Virus record (IMG/VR): IMGVR_UViG_3300044957_001482 | Span: 34,179 to 98,178 of that record | Source of the DNA: a virus | Lineage: Duplodnaviria; Caudoviricetes | Length of the DNA stretch: 64,000 nucleotides | Reading direction: 5' to 3' (one strand) | Shown here: positions 47,292 through 57,573 of the stretch, piece after piece | Layout of the letters: each line of letters starts with the position of its first letter | Position numbering within the stretch: position 1 is the first letter of the stretch | Position numbers and translations under genes: made by a program | The notes under the pieces: model-generated | The model's input: only the letters and a program-made list of their open reading frames with translations | The model's database searches: none | Told to the model about the DNA's origin: nothing

Positions 47292-48257
47292 ATGACTTAC
47301 AGTGTCGGTGGATTAATTGAAGCAGTAGACTACAATGGATTTGTAAGCACCAATGTAGGAGCCAACGTCAATGCTACCTGGAGCACCGGCGTCGACAGCG
47401 AGGGCTACGGACAGACCGCACTGAGCACAGTGTCTACGAGTGCCCAGGTAACTGCTACGTCTTGGGCCAGCCTTGTCAACACCATTGCAGCCATGGCCAA
47501 TCACCAAGGAACTGCTATCACAGCTCGCACTGCACCTGTGACTGGTAACACGATTTCGATACTGAATGTACTCAGTACCGACATCGCCAACTGCTATACC
47601 AATCGTGGCAGAGCAGTGGCACAAGGCAGTCAATTCACGGGCTGGACCGGAACCAACAGCAAAACCACTGCCACTTCGGGCGCAGCCTGGTCCATTACAT
47701 TTACAAACACCGTTACCTTTACATCTGCTGACGCTGCTCGTTACTTTTTCAATGCAGGTGGAACCATCAAGATTGACGTGTCAAAGACATCGACCGGTCA
47801 GACCGGAGATCCTGAGTGGAACGATCTGGCCAACACTCTGTGCGGAGACATCTACATTTCGGGTGGGGCCTACAGTCAAGTCATAGCCGGAACTACCTAT
47901 ACCGGAACTACCAAGATAGGTGGCACAGGCACGCCTAATATTCTGTTGACTACCACCGGCTATTTTGACCTCACTGCCGGTGCTGCTGCCACCGTGGTTT
48001 ACAAGCAGTTCGCCGACACTGCACCGTATACCAATAACTTTATTCAGCATGCCATTGCCAAGAACGCCGGTGGTACAGCACTGGTTATCACTACCACCTG
48101 GAGTGCCGTGGATGGTGATCCAATATCAGGAGGTACAGCTGCATCGGGTGCCACTCCGGGAACAGCTCCTTGTGCCATCGTGACCTACTATCCACCGTCC
48201 ACCACGTATCTTTCGGCCAGCTGGGGCACACCCACAGTGGCAGCGACTACAGCCTAA
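47292..48257 (+). CDS. Thr/Gly/Ala-rich virion structural protein (fiber-associated)
   Basis: 321 aa; MTYSVGGLIEAVDYN and ARYFFNAGG motifs; fiber-like composition. Confidence 0.6.
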   Translation: MTYSVGGLIEAVDYNGFVSTNVGANVNATWSTGVDSEGYGQTALSTVSTSAQVTATSWASLVNTIAAMANHQGTAITARTAPVTGNTISILNVLSTDIANCYTNRGRAVAQGSQFTGWTGTNSKTTATSGAAWSITFTNTVTFTSADAARYFFNAGGTIKIDVSKTSTGQTGDPEWNDLANTLCGDIYISGGAYSQVIAGTTYTGTTKIGGTGTPNILLTTTGYFDLTAGAAATVVYKQFADTAPYTNNFIQHAIAKNAGGTALVITTTWSAVDGDPISGGTAASGATPGTAPCAIVTYYPPSTTYLSASWGTPTVAATTA

Positions 48258-48261
48258 ACTG

Positions 48262-48290
48262 TAGACTTTTTACCTGCAAGGTTCTATAAT
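48262..48290 (+). promoter_or_regulatory. Sigma70-type promoter heading the modification island
   Basis: -35 TAGACT (48262-48267), 17-bp spacer, perfect -10 TATAAT (48285-48290); ATG at 48298. Confidence 0.65.
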
Positions 48291-48297
48291 GTCAGTT

Positions 48298-48612
48298 ATG
48301 GAACCTAACTCAGATCAATTGTTTGAACATGCCCGCGCACGATTTGACCATGAATCGGCGCGGCGGCTTCTTAGAGAAAAGTATCAGGCACGCATGTTGT
48401 TTGCACATGCCGGTGGTATGTGGCGAGCAGGACCAGATTTGATAACACTGCTGCATGCTTGCTCGCACGCAGACAGCGTCGTGATAACGGATCTCTATGA
48501 CAATCCAGTGCAGGTATCTGTGAAAGAATTCACAGCATTGGTCATGCAGCGATGGCAAGAACAGATGAATGCCTGGCTGATAGAACACGAGCACTACAAC
48601 AAGCAACGATGA
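48298..48612 (+). CDS. Hypothetical protein
   Basis: ~104 aa; GGMWRAGPDLI...VITDLYDNPVQV. Stop overlaps the next start. Confidence 0.65.
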   Translation: MEPNSDQLFEHARARFDHESARRLLREKYQARMLFAHAGGMWRAGPDLITLLHACSHADSVVITDLYDNPVQVSVKEFTALVMQRWQEQMNAWLIEHEHYNKQR

Positions 48613-49403
48613 CCATCGGCGCGACCATACTGGCGTTCAACAACGGTACCATCGATTATGTGGCCCTGGCCGCATGGTCAGCACGCCGGATCAAACACTG
48701 GTTAAAAATACCAGTCTGTATCATCACCGACGCTGCCACCGTTGATCCGATATTTGATCACGTGGTACAGACATTGGCCCTGGGTGAACGCAGCCGCTAC
48801 TTTGAAGATCTGGCAGCCCTGGTGCCCTGGCACAATGCCAACCGAGCCGATGCCTATGATCTAACACCTTGGGATCGCACATTGTTGTTGGATGCTGACT
48901 ATGTGGTCAACAGCGACGTGCTTTCTGCTGTGATCGATACCTGCCAGGAATTTACCTGCCATCGTTATGCCTGGGATTTGGCCACAGGACAGATGATGGA
49001 TGACCTCAATTGGTTGGGACGCTATCGGTTTCCACAATGGTGGGCCACGGTCATGGTTTTTGATCGTAGCCCGCATGCCCGGCACATTTTTGATACCATG
49101 CGCATGGTTCGGAAAAATTGGGAACACTATCGTTTGTTGTACAGTATTACCAACCCCACGTTTCGCAATGATCATGCTCTCAGTATCGCTCTGGGAGTGT
49201 GTTCGGGACATACCCTGGTAACACGAGACATCGCCTGGCCTATGATGTCGATCATGCCGCACACTGCCTTGACACAGATCGATGAGTGGTCCTTTGGTCT
49301 GGAATACAAACGTGACCACAAACCGTTGTGTTGTCGGATCGCACACACTGATTTTCATGCCATGGGCAAGGGATATCTAGGAGCCATAGTTGCGTCCCAT
49401 TGA
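48609..49403 (+). CDS. GT-A fold glycosyltransferase-like protein (GT8-like)
   Basis: AFNNG.IDY..LA...A, V.IITD, YDLTPWDRTLLLDADY (DxD motif) and FRND. Confidence 0.7.
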   Translation: MTIGATILAFNNGTIDYVALAAWSARRIKHWLKIPVCIITDAATVDPIFDHVVQTLALGERSRYFEDLAALVPWHNANRADAYDLTPWDRTLLLDADYVVNSDVLSAVIDTCQEFTCHRYAWDLATGQMMDDLNWLGRYRFPQWWATVMVFDRSPHARHIFDTMRMVRKNWEHYRLLYSITNPTFRNDHALSIALGVCSGHTLVTRDIAWPMMSIMPHTALTQIDEWSFGLEYKRDHKPLCCRIAHTDFHAMGKGYLGAIVASH

Positions 49404-50163
49404 AGAACAGGGATATCTTGTTGTGGCAGTCAATGCCAATGAGATTGACTATGTGTCTTGCGCTCAGCGGCTCATGCAAACAGTCAAGCACTGGCATCCA
49501 GCTGCCAGGACCTGTTTGATAACTGATCAGCCCTATGAACATCCTGTGTTTGATCATGTTAGGATTTTGCCTGCAGTTGATAGGGACAATGTCTATGCCA
49601 ACGATGCTCAGGCATTTCGGCTGACACCATTTCGCGAAACCATCAAGCTCGAAGCCGATATGTTGATGGTAAGTGACTGTTCTCATTGGTGGAACATGCT
49701 GCGTCACAGAGATCTGGTAATCAGTGTCGGCTGCCGAACATGGCAGGATCGGGTCAGTTCTTCGCAGCATTACCGACGAGCATTTGTTGAAAATTCGTTG
49801 CCTGACGTATACAATGCCATTACCTATTGGCGATTGAGCGAAACTGCAAGAAATTTCTTCCGTTGGGTCAAAATAATTTTTTCGGACTGGGGTCGCTACC
49901 GTAGGTTGATCAAGTATCCCGAAGCAGTGCCCAGTACAGACCTGGTCTATGCCATGGCCGCACAGATCGTGGGGCCCGAGCAAGTCACGCTGCCGTTTGC
50001 TGCCTATCCTCGCATGGTACACATGAAACAGCATCATGCCGGAACTGTCTTGAAAGATTGGTCACAGGAATTGGTCTGGGAATACCACGACCATCGATTG
50101 CGGATCAACACCGTGGCTCAGTGGGGAGCTTTTCATTATCATGTCAAACACTGGCAACCATGA
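49390..50163 (+). CDS. Second GT-A fold glycosyltransferase-like paralogue
   Basis: A.N..EIDYV.CA, CLITD, FRLTPFRETIKLEADM (ExD variant) and HMK. Confidence 0.65.
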   Translation: MRPIEEQGYLVVAVNANEIDYVSCAQRLMQTVKHWHPAARTCLITDQPYEHPVFDHVRILPAVDRDNVYANDAQAFRLTPFRETIKLEADMLMVSDCSHWWNMLRHRDLVISVGCRTWQDRVSSSQHYRRAFVENSLPDVYNAITYWRLSETARNFFRWVKIIFSDWGRYRRLIKYPEAVPSTDLVYAMAAQIVGPEQVTLPFAAYPRMVHMKQHHAGTVLKDWSQELVWEYHDHRLRINTVAQWGAFHYHVKHWQP

Positions 50164-50480
50164 CTCCTGAAGAATTTTTCAACGTGGCCTGGCCTGAGGC
50201 CGCCCCAGTCACATACCGTCTGTATCACGATAGCCGTGGGTTTCCGTTATTTTACAGCATGGAACACGTGCCTGGTACATACATCGAGATCACACAGCAA
50301 CAATATGCTGCAAACAGCATGTGGGTGCAAGTAATCAACGGTTGCCTAGAACCCCGGGCCTGGCAGACCGTAGGAAAATTGATTCCGTCCGATTCGGGGA
50401 TCAGTTGTCACTCACAGGATGTGGCCATTGTATGTGCCAACGGGATCAACTGGAGAGTAAAAAATTATGAAAAAAATTGA
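50160..50480 (+). CDS. Hypothetical protein
   Basis: ATG at 50160 overlaps the upstream stop; YRLYHD..G.P..YS.E..PG.YI. Confidence 0.6.
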   Translation: MTPEEFFNVAWPEAAPVTYRLYHDSRGFPLFYSMEHVPGTYIEITQQQYAANSMWVQVINGCLEPRAWQTVGKLIPSDSGISCHSQDVAIVCANGINWRVKNYEKN

Positions 50481-51393
50481 TGTAGCAGATCTTGATTGTA
50501 TCTATCTAACCTACGACGAGCCCCAGCGCGAAGAATTTTGGGTACGTATACGCAACATGATTCCTTGGGCTCGCAGAGTAGACGGAGTCAAAGGATCCGA
50601 TGCTGCACACAAGGCCGCCGGAGAAGCGTCGACCACGGAACGGTTCATACTGATTGACGGGGACAACATACCCGATGCTAAATTTTTCAATCTTGTACTG
50701 GAATTGGCCACTCCGGAGTGGGAGCAGGCAGTGTTTCGATGGCGTGCTCGCAATCATATCAATGGGTTGATGTATGGTAATGGTGGTATTTCGTCTTGGA
50801 CGCGCACATTTGTAGCCAACATGCGCACTCACGAAGCCACCGACGGCCGTACAGAAACCGAAGTGGAATTCTGTTTTGATCCTTTGTATTGGGCCATGCA
50901 CGACTGTTACAGCACTACCTACCCCAACGGGTCTGCGTTCCATGCCTGGCGAGCAGGGTTCAGGGAAGGGGTAAAAATGTGTCTGAACAAAGGTGCTTGC
51001 CCCACTGCAGCGGAATTTCGAGACCGAGTCCATCATAGAAATCTCGATCATCTCACCATATGGCACAACGTTGGTGCCGATGTTGAACATGGGTGGTGGT
51101 CCATGGCAGGGTCTCGGCAAGGCACATACATGACCATGCTGACCAATTGGGATCACCGCCAGGTACAGGATTTTGATGCCTTGGCTGATCTCTGGAACAC
51201 AGTAGAATCATCGGATCCTCGTATCTTAGCCGGCCGCGTGGCCGAGGATCTGCACACTCAGTTAGGACTACCAATGATCACGATGGAAGCACCGCAGAGC
51301 AAGTTTTTCAAACAACACTATAGATCCAATTGGCATAACCAAGGGCCAATGGTCAGAGAAATTGATGTGATACGCCGTCAAGAAGGATGGTGA
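50467..51393 (+). CDS. Glycosyltransferase-like (nucleotide-diphospho-sugar) protein
   Basis: YLTYDEP...RVDGVKGSDAAHKAA...RFILIDGDN (DxD)...YGNGG...AWRAGFREGVK. Confidence 0.6.
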   Translation: MKKIDVADLDCIYLTYDEPQREEFWVRIRNMIPWARRVDGVKGSDAAHKAAGEASTTERFILIDGDNIPDAKFFNLVLELATPEWEQAVFRWRARNHINGLMYGNGGISSWTRTFVANMRTHEATDGRTETEVEFCFDPLYWAMHDCYSTTYPNGSAFHAWRAGFREGVKMCLNKGACPTAAEFRDRVHHRNLDHLTIWHNVGADVEHGWWSMAGSRQGTYMTMLTNWDHRQVQDFDALADLWNTVESSDPRILAGRVAEDLHTQLGLPMITMEAPQSKFFKQHYRSNWHNQGPMVREIDVIRRQEGW

Positions 51394-52019
51394 TGATAGA
51401 AGCAGTGATTGCCCAGGCCAAGCAACAGGAAAAAAATATACTGATACTGTCCAGCGCACGCAGCGGTACTCATGCCCTGGGAGCGGAATTCAAATTTCGA
51501 GATCCCCAGATTCAAAACTTGGGAGAAATATGCGTGATGGGCCGCGCCAGCCCTCCCCACAGCGAAATCACAAAATTATTCAATACTCACAGTTTGTCTG
51601 TGGCGCATATAGTGCAAATGATACCAAAATTTTTTTTATCAGCGCAAGTTGACCGTATCAAACAACACACTATCATAATTTGTCTGCGTCGTAAAAACAA
51701 AGTCAAGCAGTTTGCAAGCAATTATTATTTCAAACACATACATCAAGGGCCTTGGCACAATCTAGCACAAACTGGATTCCAAGGTCGTCCTGCGCAGGTA
51801 GTGGCCAGTGAACAGGATGTCCTGCAATTTTTGCAAGAACAAATGATTGACGATTTTTTCCTGCCTGATTTCAATTTTTGCTATGAAGATATCCATTACA
51901 ATCAAACAAAGATTGTACCAAATGAATTTCCTTTTCCCATAGAGCAAATTTTTTCTAATCTTGACTACGTGCAATCAAATCTTGGAGATTGGACCTATCA
52001 TCATAAACATTTGCTATGA
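51387..52019 (+). CDS. Sulfotransferase-family protein (Stf0-like)
   Basis: ILILSSARSGTH (5'-PSB loop), LGE, IICLRRKN..QFAS (3'-PB) and YEDI; AT-rich. Confidence 0.7.
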   Translation: MVMIEAVIAQAKQQEKNILILSSARSGTHALGAEFKFRDPQIQNLGEICVMGRASPPHSEITKLFNTHSLSVAHIVQMIPKFFLSAQVDRIKQHTIIICLRRKNKVKQFASNYYFKHIHQGPWHNLAQTGFQGRPAQVVASEQDVLQFLQEQMIDDFFLPDFNFCYEDIHYNQTKIVPNEFPFPIEQIFSNLDYVQSNLGDWTYHHKHLL

Positions 52020-53431
52020 ACAACAAAGGCGACGAAACCATCAACAATAAATCCGGCTTCATGACCGGAGCCGAAGACATGCGAGACCGCTTGGGGTCTA
52101 GCCTTTGTCTGGCCAAATGGAAACAGGTCAGCCTGCATCTACCCACGGGCCTAAACAACAGTTGCTATCACCCTCCGCTGCATAGGGTGGATGTATCGGA
52201 GATACAGAAAATGCCGTCGGCACTGCATAATACTCAGCACAAAAAACAGCAGCGTCGTGACATGCTGGCAGGCATAAGACCCAGTGAATGTTCCTACTGT
52301 TGGGCCATGGAGGACAACGACAAGCTAAGTGATCGTCATTATCGTTCGGGCGAGCCCTGGGCTGCCAAAGATTTCCACAGCATTATGGTTTCTACCGGCA
52401 ACGAAGATAATGTATTGCCCAGTTATGTAGAAGTGAATTTTAACCATGCATGCAATCTCCGTTGCAGCTATTGCAGCCCGCAGTTTTCCACTACCTGGCA
52501 ACAGGAAATAGACCAATGGGGAGCATATCCTACCTCGGTTCCGCACAACGCGCCAGAGCATTTCCAGGGCGCCCGGAGACCCATTCCGGTACGCGAACAC
52601 AATCCCTATGTGGAAGCATTTTGGCAGTGGTGGCCCGACCTTTATCCTGAACTCACACATTTCCGTATGACCGGCGGCGAGCCACTGTTAGATAAAAACA
52701 CGTATCGAGTGTTTGACTATGTGTTGGCCAATCCCAAACCTGATCTACATCTCTGTGTCACGTCAAATTTTTCGGTAGACGAACGCTCTTGGCAACGATA
52801 TAAAAAATATGTAAAGCAGTTGTGTGAAGAAGGCATACTGGAACATTTCATGCAATATGTAAGTCTAGACGGTTGGGGCACTCGAGCAGAGTACATGCGT
52901 CATGGCCTAGATTTTGAGTTACTATGGGACCGAGTCAATCAGTTTCTTGAGGAAATCCCCTATCGAAACAGTCTGACGTTCATTGTGACCATGAACAATC
53001 TTTCGGTTACCAGTCTGGATCAGCTGTTTGCAGGTATCCTGGGTCTTAGAAAAACCTACAGCCATACCTATCAGCGAGTTTGGTTTGATACACCGGTATT
53101 GAGACAGCCGGAGTGGCAGAGTCTACAGATCTTGCCCGAAAGTTATGCAGAAAAATTGGCATGGCTGTGGGCCTGGATGGTACGTCAGACCGAACAACCG
53201 GAAGATCCGTTTCATGGGTTCAAGGACTATGAGGTCGCACGCCTCGACCGAGACATTGCCTGGATGAGATCCGGACAGAATCTAGACCCAAAAAAACTAC
53301 AACAACATCGAGCAGATTTCTATAGATTTTTTTCTGAGCACGATCGTCGTCGCGGCACTGATTTCCTTGGAACCTTTCTGGAGATGGCTACCTGGTGGCA
53401 CGAATGCGAGTATCATGCTCGGCAACTATAG
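52016..53431 (+). CDS. Radical SAM protein with N-terminal twitch-like cluster
   Basis: CNLRCSYC, TGGEP; auxiliary CLAKW...SCYHP...CSYCW. Confidence 0.9.
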   Translation: MNNKGDETINNKSGFMTGAEDMRDRLGSSLCLAKWKQVSLHLPTGLNNSCYHPPLHRVDVSEIQKMPSALHNTQHKKQQRRDMLAGIRPSECSYCWAMEDNDKLSDRHYRSGEPWAAKDFHSIMVSTGNEDNVLPSYVEVNFNHACNLRCSYCSPQFSTTWQQEIDQWGAYPTSVPHNAPEHFQGARRPIPVREHNPYVEAFWQWWPDLYPELTHFRMTGGEPLLDKNTYRVFDYVLANPKPDLHLCVTSNFSVDERSWQRYKKYVKQLCEEGILEHFMQYVSLDGWGTRAEYMRHGLDFELLWDRVNQFLEEIPYRNSLTFIVTMNNLSVTSLDQLFAGILGLRKTYSHTYQRVWFDTPVLRQPEWQSLQILPESYAEKLAWLWAWMVRQTEQPEDPFHGFKDYEVARLDRDIAWMRSGQNLDPKKLQQHRADFYRFFSEHDRRRGTDFLGTFLEMATWWHECEYHARQL

Positions 53432-54527
53432 ACTAGTGGTCGATCAATGGGCCGAAGTCTACGATCTATTGAGTCCCTATGCCGACGAATCCTTTTGGCG
53501 ATGGACCGATGTTGAGTTTGATCCTGGTTCGATCTATGTGGTAGGCCGCCTGATAGTCAAGGAAAACTGGCAATCCATTCGCGATCTATGCGAACTCTAC
53601 CCTGGCAGGATCGTGTTCTGTAATCCGGCCGAAGGGTCAGAGACCATAAAATTGCAGTTACAACGCCTGCGCATTACCGATTTGATACAGTCGGGAAAAA
53701 TGCTGTTGTTGACTTCCGGCGATCTAGAACCTGGATTCAATCATTTTTCTACCGACGTATACTTTTCCAACATCTGTGAGTACGACGAGAATCTCCGGGC
53801 CGCAGAAATGTCCGACCAAGTCTACACTCATTCAAAAACCCATGACTTTTTGTTTCTAAATGGAAGACTGAGACCGCATCGGCGTTATCTCATACACCGT
53901 TTCAGGCAAATCGGACTACTGGATCGTGCACTGTGGACCTGTCTACAGAGCCGGGTGGACATGCCCTGGAGCAGTAGTCTTGATCTTTCCGACATGCCCG
54001 CGCAGGAACAATTGAAATTGTTGCCCGCGGCCTACGAAATCGATCGGGCTGTGCCAAATCTTGGTCGACCTCTGCCTGATCGCGACGTCAAACACTTTCT
54101 GTTCGGCAACACCTGGGGCGATGCCATTGTCAATCCTCGTTGTTATATCGACACTGCATTCAGTGTGATAACCGAAACCATTTATGACTATCCGTATTCG
54201 TTTCGTACCGAAAAGATCTGGAAACCCATGATAATGGCCCATCCCTGGATAGCAGTGGCCAATACCGGATATTATCGGGATCTACGTGCGCGCGGTTTTC
54301 GTACGTTTGATCACCTGATCGACGAAAGTTTTGACAGTGTCGAGGATCCCCACATTCGTATCGAGCACATTGTTCAGGTAATCTCAGATATCGTGATCAA
54401 TGGACCTGTGTCTTTCTTGATGGCTGCCCAAGAGGTATGTAAATACAATCAACTACACCTTAGAGAACACAATCGTCTCGAACGATCTGCATTTCCGCAA
54501 AATTTGATTGGATATATCGATGGATGA
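53415..54527 (+). CDS. Putative glycosyltransferase (GT-B-like, TEK motif family)
   Basis: FLFLNGR.RPHR...Y.DTAFSVITET...TEKIWKP...GFRTF..LIDESFD. Confidence 0.5.
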   Translation: MLGNYRLVVDQWAEVYDLLSPYADESFWRWTDVEFDPGSIYVVGRLIVKENWQSIRDLCELYPGRIVFCNPAEGSETIKLQLQRLRITDLIQSGKMLLLTSGDLEPGFNHFSTDVYFSNICEYDENLRAAEMSDQVYTHSKTHDFLFLNGRLRPHRRYLIHRFRQIGLLDRALWTCLQSRVDMPWSSSLDLSDMPAQEQLKLLPAAYEIDRAVPNLGRPLPDRDVKHFLFGNTWGDAIVNPRCYIDTAFSVITETIYDYPYSFRTEKIWKPMIMAHPWIAVANTGYYRDLRARGFRTFDHLIDESFDSVEDPHIRIEHIVQVISDIVINGPVSFLMAAQEVCKYNQLHLREHNRLERSAFPQNLIGYIDG

Positions 54528-55854
54528 TTTAGAATTTCGTCAACAGGTATTAGACAAGAAATCCGCCAGTTTTTGTGCAGCCAAATGGTACAATGCCACC
54601 ATCTGGCTGGGATCGGGCATGACTACCAGTTGTCATCATCCTCCGGCACATTACATTGATTTTGGTCGCATGATACAACATCCGTCGGCCATACACAATA
54701 GCTTGCAAAAAAAACAAGACCGCAAGATGATGAAGTATGGTGAACGTCCTCCGGGCTGTGAATACTGCTGGAAGATCGAGGACATGGGCCGCGACGCAGT
54801 GAGCGATCGGGTGTACAAAAGCCGCATCTACTCGCAGTCCGAGTTGGACGAAGCCTATGACATGGATTCTGATGCCGATGTCAACCTCAAAACACTGGAA
54901 ATAGCATTTGATCGCACCTGCCAATTGGCCTGCAGCTATTGCAATCCGGCATTCAGTACCACCTGGGTGCGAGACATCAAGACCAACGGTGCCTATCAAG
55001 GCTTGGTGTCCGATGGTCGCAATCATTTTACTCACACTCATGATTCCGCACAATTGTACAATTATGGCGAAAACAACCCCTATGTGGATGCATTTTTTCG
55101 ATGGTGGGAAACCGACTTACATCGCACACTCAAAGAACTGCGTATCACCGGTGGTGAACCCTTGATGTCGGCGCATACCTGGAAATTGATTGAATGGTTT
55201 CGAGACAATCCAGGACGCAGTCAGACTCGCCTGTCCATCAACAGCAACCTCAGCATGCCCAGTGAGCGCCTGTCGGAGTTACTGTCAGCATGCGAGGGCA
55301 TAGAACTAGACATCTATACCAGCAACGAAAGCATGGACACTCATGCCGAATATATTCGCGATGGCCTGGTTTGGCAGCAGTGGGTCGACAACATGTGGTT
55401 GCTGATGCACAGCGGTCGTCTACGCGGACTACATGTCATGAATACTATCAATGCTCTATGCCTAGAGAGTCTTCCTGAATTCTTGACCATGCTGGTGACT
55501 TGGAAAAGCCAATGGGGTGCAGACTTTCCGAATTTTACTTTGAATATCTTGAGATTTCCTAGTTTCCAGTCACCCCTGGTGTTGCCGTATGACATACGGA
55601 TGCATCACCGTGGCCGCCTTCAACGTTGGCTCGACATTTATTCTGGTCATGTCATGATACAACCGCATGAGCGCAATCATGTACAACGCTTAATTGATTA
55701 CCTCGATGTGGTAAAAACACCGCATTCAGAAGCCTTTGACTTGAAAAAATTAACAAACGATTTTGGACAATTTTATCGACAGTACGATGCCAGACGTCAC
55801 AAAGACTTTGTTAAAACATTTTCTACCCTATCATCCTGGTATCAAAAACTATGA
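54520..55854 (+). CDS. Radical SAM protein with N-terminal twitch-like cluster
   Basis: CQLACSYC, TGGEP; auxiliary CAAKW...SCHHP...CEYCW. Confidence 0.9.
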   Translation: MDDLEFRQQVLDKKSASFCAAKWYNATIWLGSGMTTSCHHPPAHYIDFGRMIQHPSAIHNSLQKKQDRKMMKYGERPPGCEYCWKIEDMGRDAVSDRVYKSRIYSQSELDEAYDMDSDADVNLKTLEIAFDRTCQLACSYCNPAFSTTWVRDIKTNGAYQGLVSDGRNHFTHTHDSAQLYNYGENNPYVDAFFRWWETDLHRTLKELRITGGEPLMSAHTWKLIEWFRDNPGRSQTRLSINSNLSMPSERLSELLSACEGIELDIYTSNESMDTHAEYIRDGLVWQQWVDNMWLLMHSGRLRGLHVMNTINALCLESLPEFLTMLVTWKSQWGADFPNFTLNILRFPSFQSPLVLPYDIRMHHRGRLQRWLDIYSGHVMIQPHERNHVQRLIDYLDVVKTPHSEAFDLKKLTNDFGQFYRQYDARRHKDFVKTFSTLSSWYQKL

Positions 55855-57572
55855 CCTTAGAAAAATTAGTATCCGATTACTCCTGCCGTTTTGAGTTGTT
55901 ATCTGTTACCAATCTCGACGATTGGTATAGCATGGATCCTCTGGAAAGACCACAATGGTTATACCAGCAGATAAAAAGATTACACCGTGAAAAATATCAT
56001 GACAATCAACGCCTAGTCTTTACACTGAGTCAGGATGATGAATATCTCCACGAGTCAGATGCGTTGGGATTGATTTTGACCAATCTGGTGGAAAGTATCA
56101 ATCAAATTGACATCAGTAATTTTTTTGTAGTTTTGTTCCTCGCTCGTAATCAGAATTTAATCGTTGCTTCAGAACAGTTGCTTACCGTGAGCACCGATCC
56201 TGTACCTATCACTGTGGAGTGGTTTGGCGATCTTGCAGTGTCATCTAAAAAATTATCAAAAACATCAGTCAATACCGGATATACCTATAATTCTCGAGTT
56301 CCTTTAAAACTGAGTGTGGATTCCATGACACCGGAGCAGAGAGAACGGTTGTTGTTCAGTGATTATTTTTGCATGTATCCATGGTTGCATCTTTATGTCG
56401 AGCCCAGTGGTCAGACCTATCCTTGTTGTGGGTATGCATATAGACCCGAATTTTCTGTGGGAAATACCACTCGCCAGAGTCTGATCGAAATATGGAACGA
56501 TCGTCCCATTCGAGATCTACGACTTAATATGTTAGGAGATCGCCCCACCCAAGGTTGTGCTAGATGTTACGAGCAAGAACGTGCTGGATTTGTCAGTATG
56601 CGTATCAGTGCAAACAAGCATCACGGTCATCACATCGACAAAATAGACCTGACCCAAGTCGACGGAACTGTGGATCCCATGCAATTGATTTATTGGGATG
56701 TGCGTTTCAATAATCTTTGCAATCTAAGGTGCCGAACCTGCGGCCCCAGCTTCAGTAGCAGTTGGTATCAAGATCAAGTCGCTATTTCTCCTGATTATGC
56801 GCAATCGCATCGACCATTGATATATGCCGGAAAATATGAAACTGATTTATGGAATCAGTTGCTAGGACAGCTAGACTATGTCGAACAGATTTATTTTGCT
56901 GGCGGCGAACCTTTGATTACCGATGAGCACTATCGTATTCTAGAAGAACTGGAACGTCGCGGACGATTTGACGTCCGCCTGATCTACAACACTAATTTTA
57001 CCGAGATACGCCTCAAAGATCGAATGGTATTTGATTATTGGAAAAAATTTCACAGTGTCAGTGTGGGTGCCAGTCTGGATGCCGCCGATTCGCGCGGTGA
57101 ATATATACGCAAAGGAACGGTATGGAGTGAGGTCGAGGACAATCGTCGGCGCATGATAGAAATTTGTCCTCGAGTGGATTTTTATGTCAGTGCCACATTG
57201 TCTATACTCAATGCCTGGCATTTGCCTGACTTTCATCGAGATTGGAGTAAACGCGGTCTTATCAAACCTCAGGATTTTAACATCAATGTGTTGACCGATC
57301 CGCCGGTCTACAGGTTGGATATTGCACCATCAGAATATCGCGATCAAATACGAGAAAAGTATCTCAATCACTTGGCCTGGCTGAGCCCACAAGATGCACT
57401 GCGTCGTGCCAGCAACGGTTTCCAGTCTGCCATTAAATTTATGGATAACAAAAATAATTCTCACCTTGTTCCTGCCTTTTGGAAACGTACGAAACAATTG
57501 GATGCTGTGAGAAAAGAATCCATGCTGGACAGCATTCCTGAACTGTCGGCCCTATTGCCAGATCGAATATAA
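55851..57572 (+). CDS. Radical SAM/SPASM protein with extra N-terminal domain
   Basis: CNLRCRTC, AGGEP; auxiliary CMYPW...PCC...CARC. Confidence 0.9.
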   Translation: MTLEKLVSDYSCRFELLSVTNLDDWYSMDPLERPQWLYQQIKRLHREKYHDNQRLVFTLSQDDEYLHESDALGLILTNLVESINQIDISNFFVVLFLARNQNLIVASEQLLTVSTDPVPITVEWFGDLAVSSKKLSKTSVNTGYTYNSRVPLKLSVDSMTPEQRERLLFSDYFCMYPWLHLYVEPSGQTYPCCGYAYRPEFSVGNTTRQSLIEIWNDRPIRDLRLNMLGDRPTQGCARCYEQERAGFVSMRISANKHHGHHIDKIDLTQVDGTVDPMQLIYWDVRFNNLCNLRCRTCGPSFSSSWYQDQVAISPDYAQSHRPLIYAGKYETDLWNQLLGQLDYVEQIYFAGGEPLITDEHYRILEELERRGRFDVRLIYNTNFTEIRLKDRMVFDYWKKFHSVSVGASLDAADSRGEYIRKGTVWSEVEDNRRRMIEICPRVDFYVSATLSILNAWHLPDFHRDWSKRGLIKPQDFNINVLTDPPVYRLDIAPSEYRDQIREKYLNHLAWLSPQDALRRASNGFQSAIKFMDNKNNSHLVPAFWKRTKQLDAVRKESMLDSIPELSALLPDRI

Positions 57573-57573
57573 C

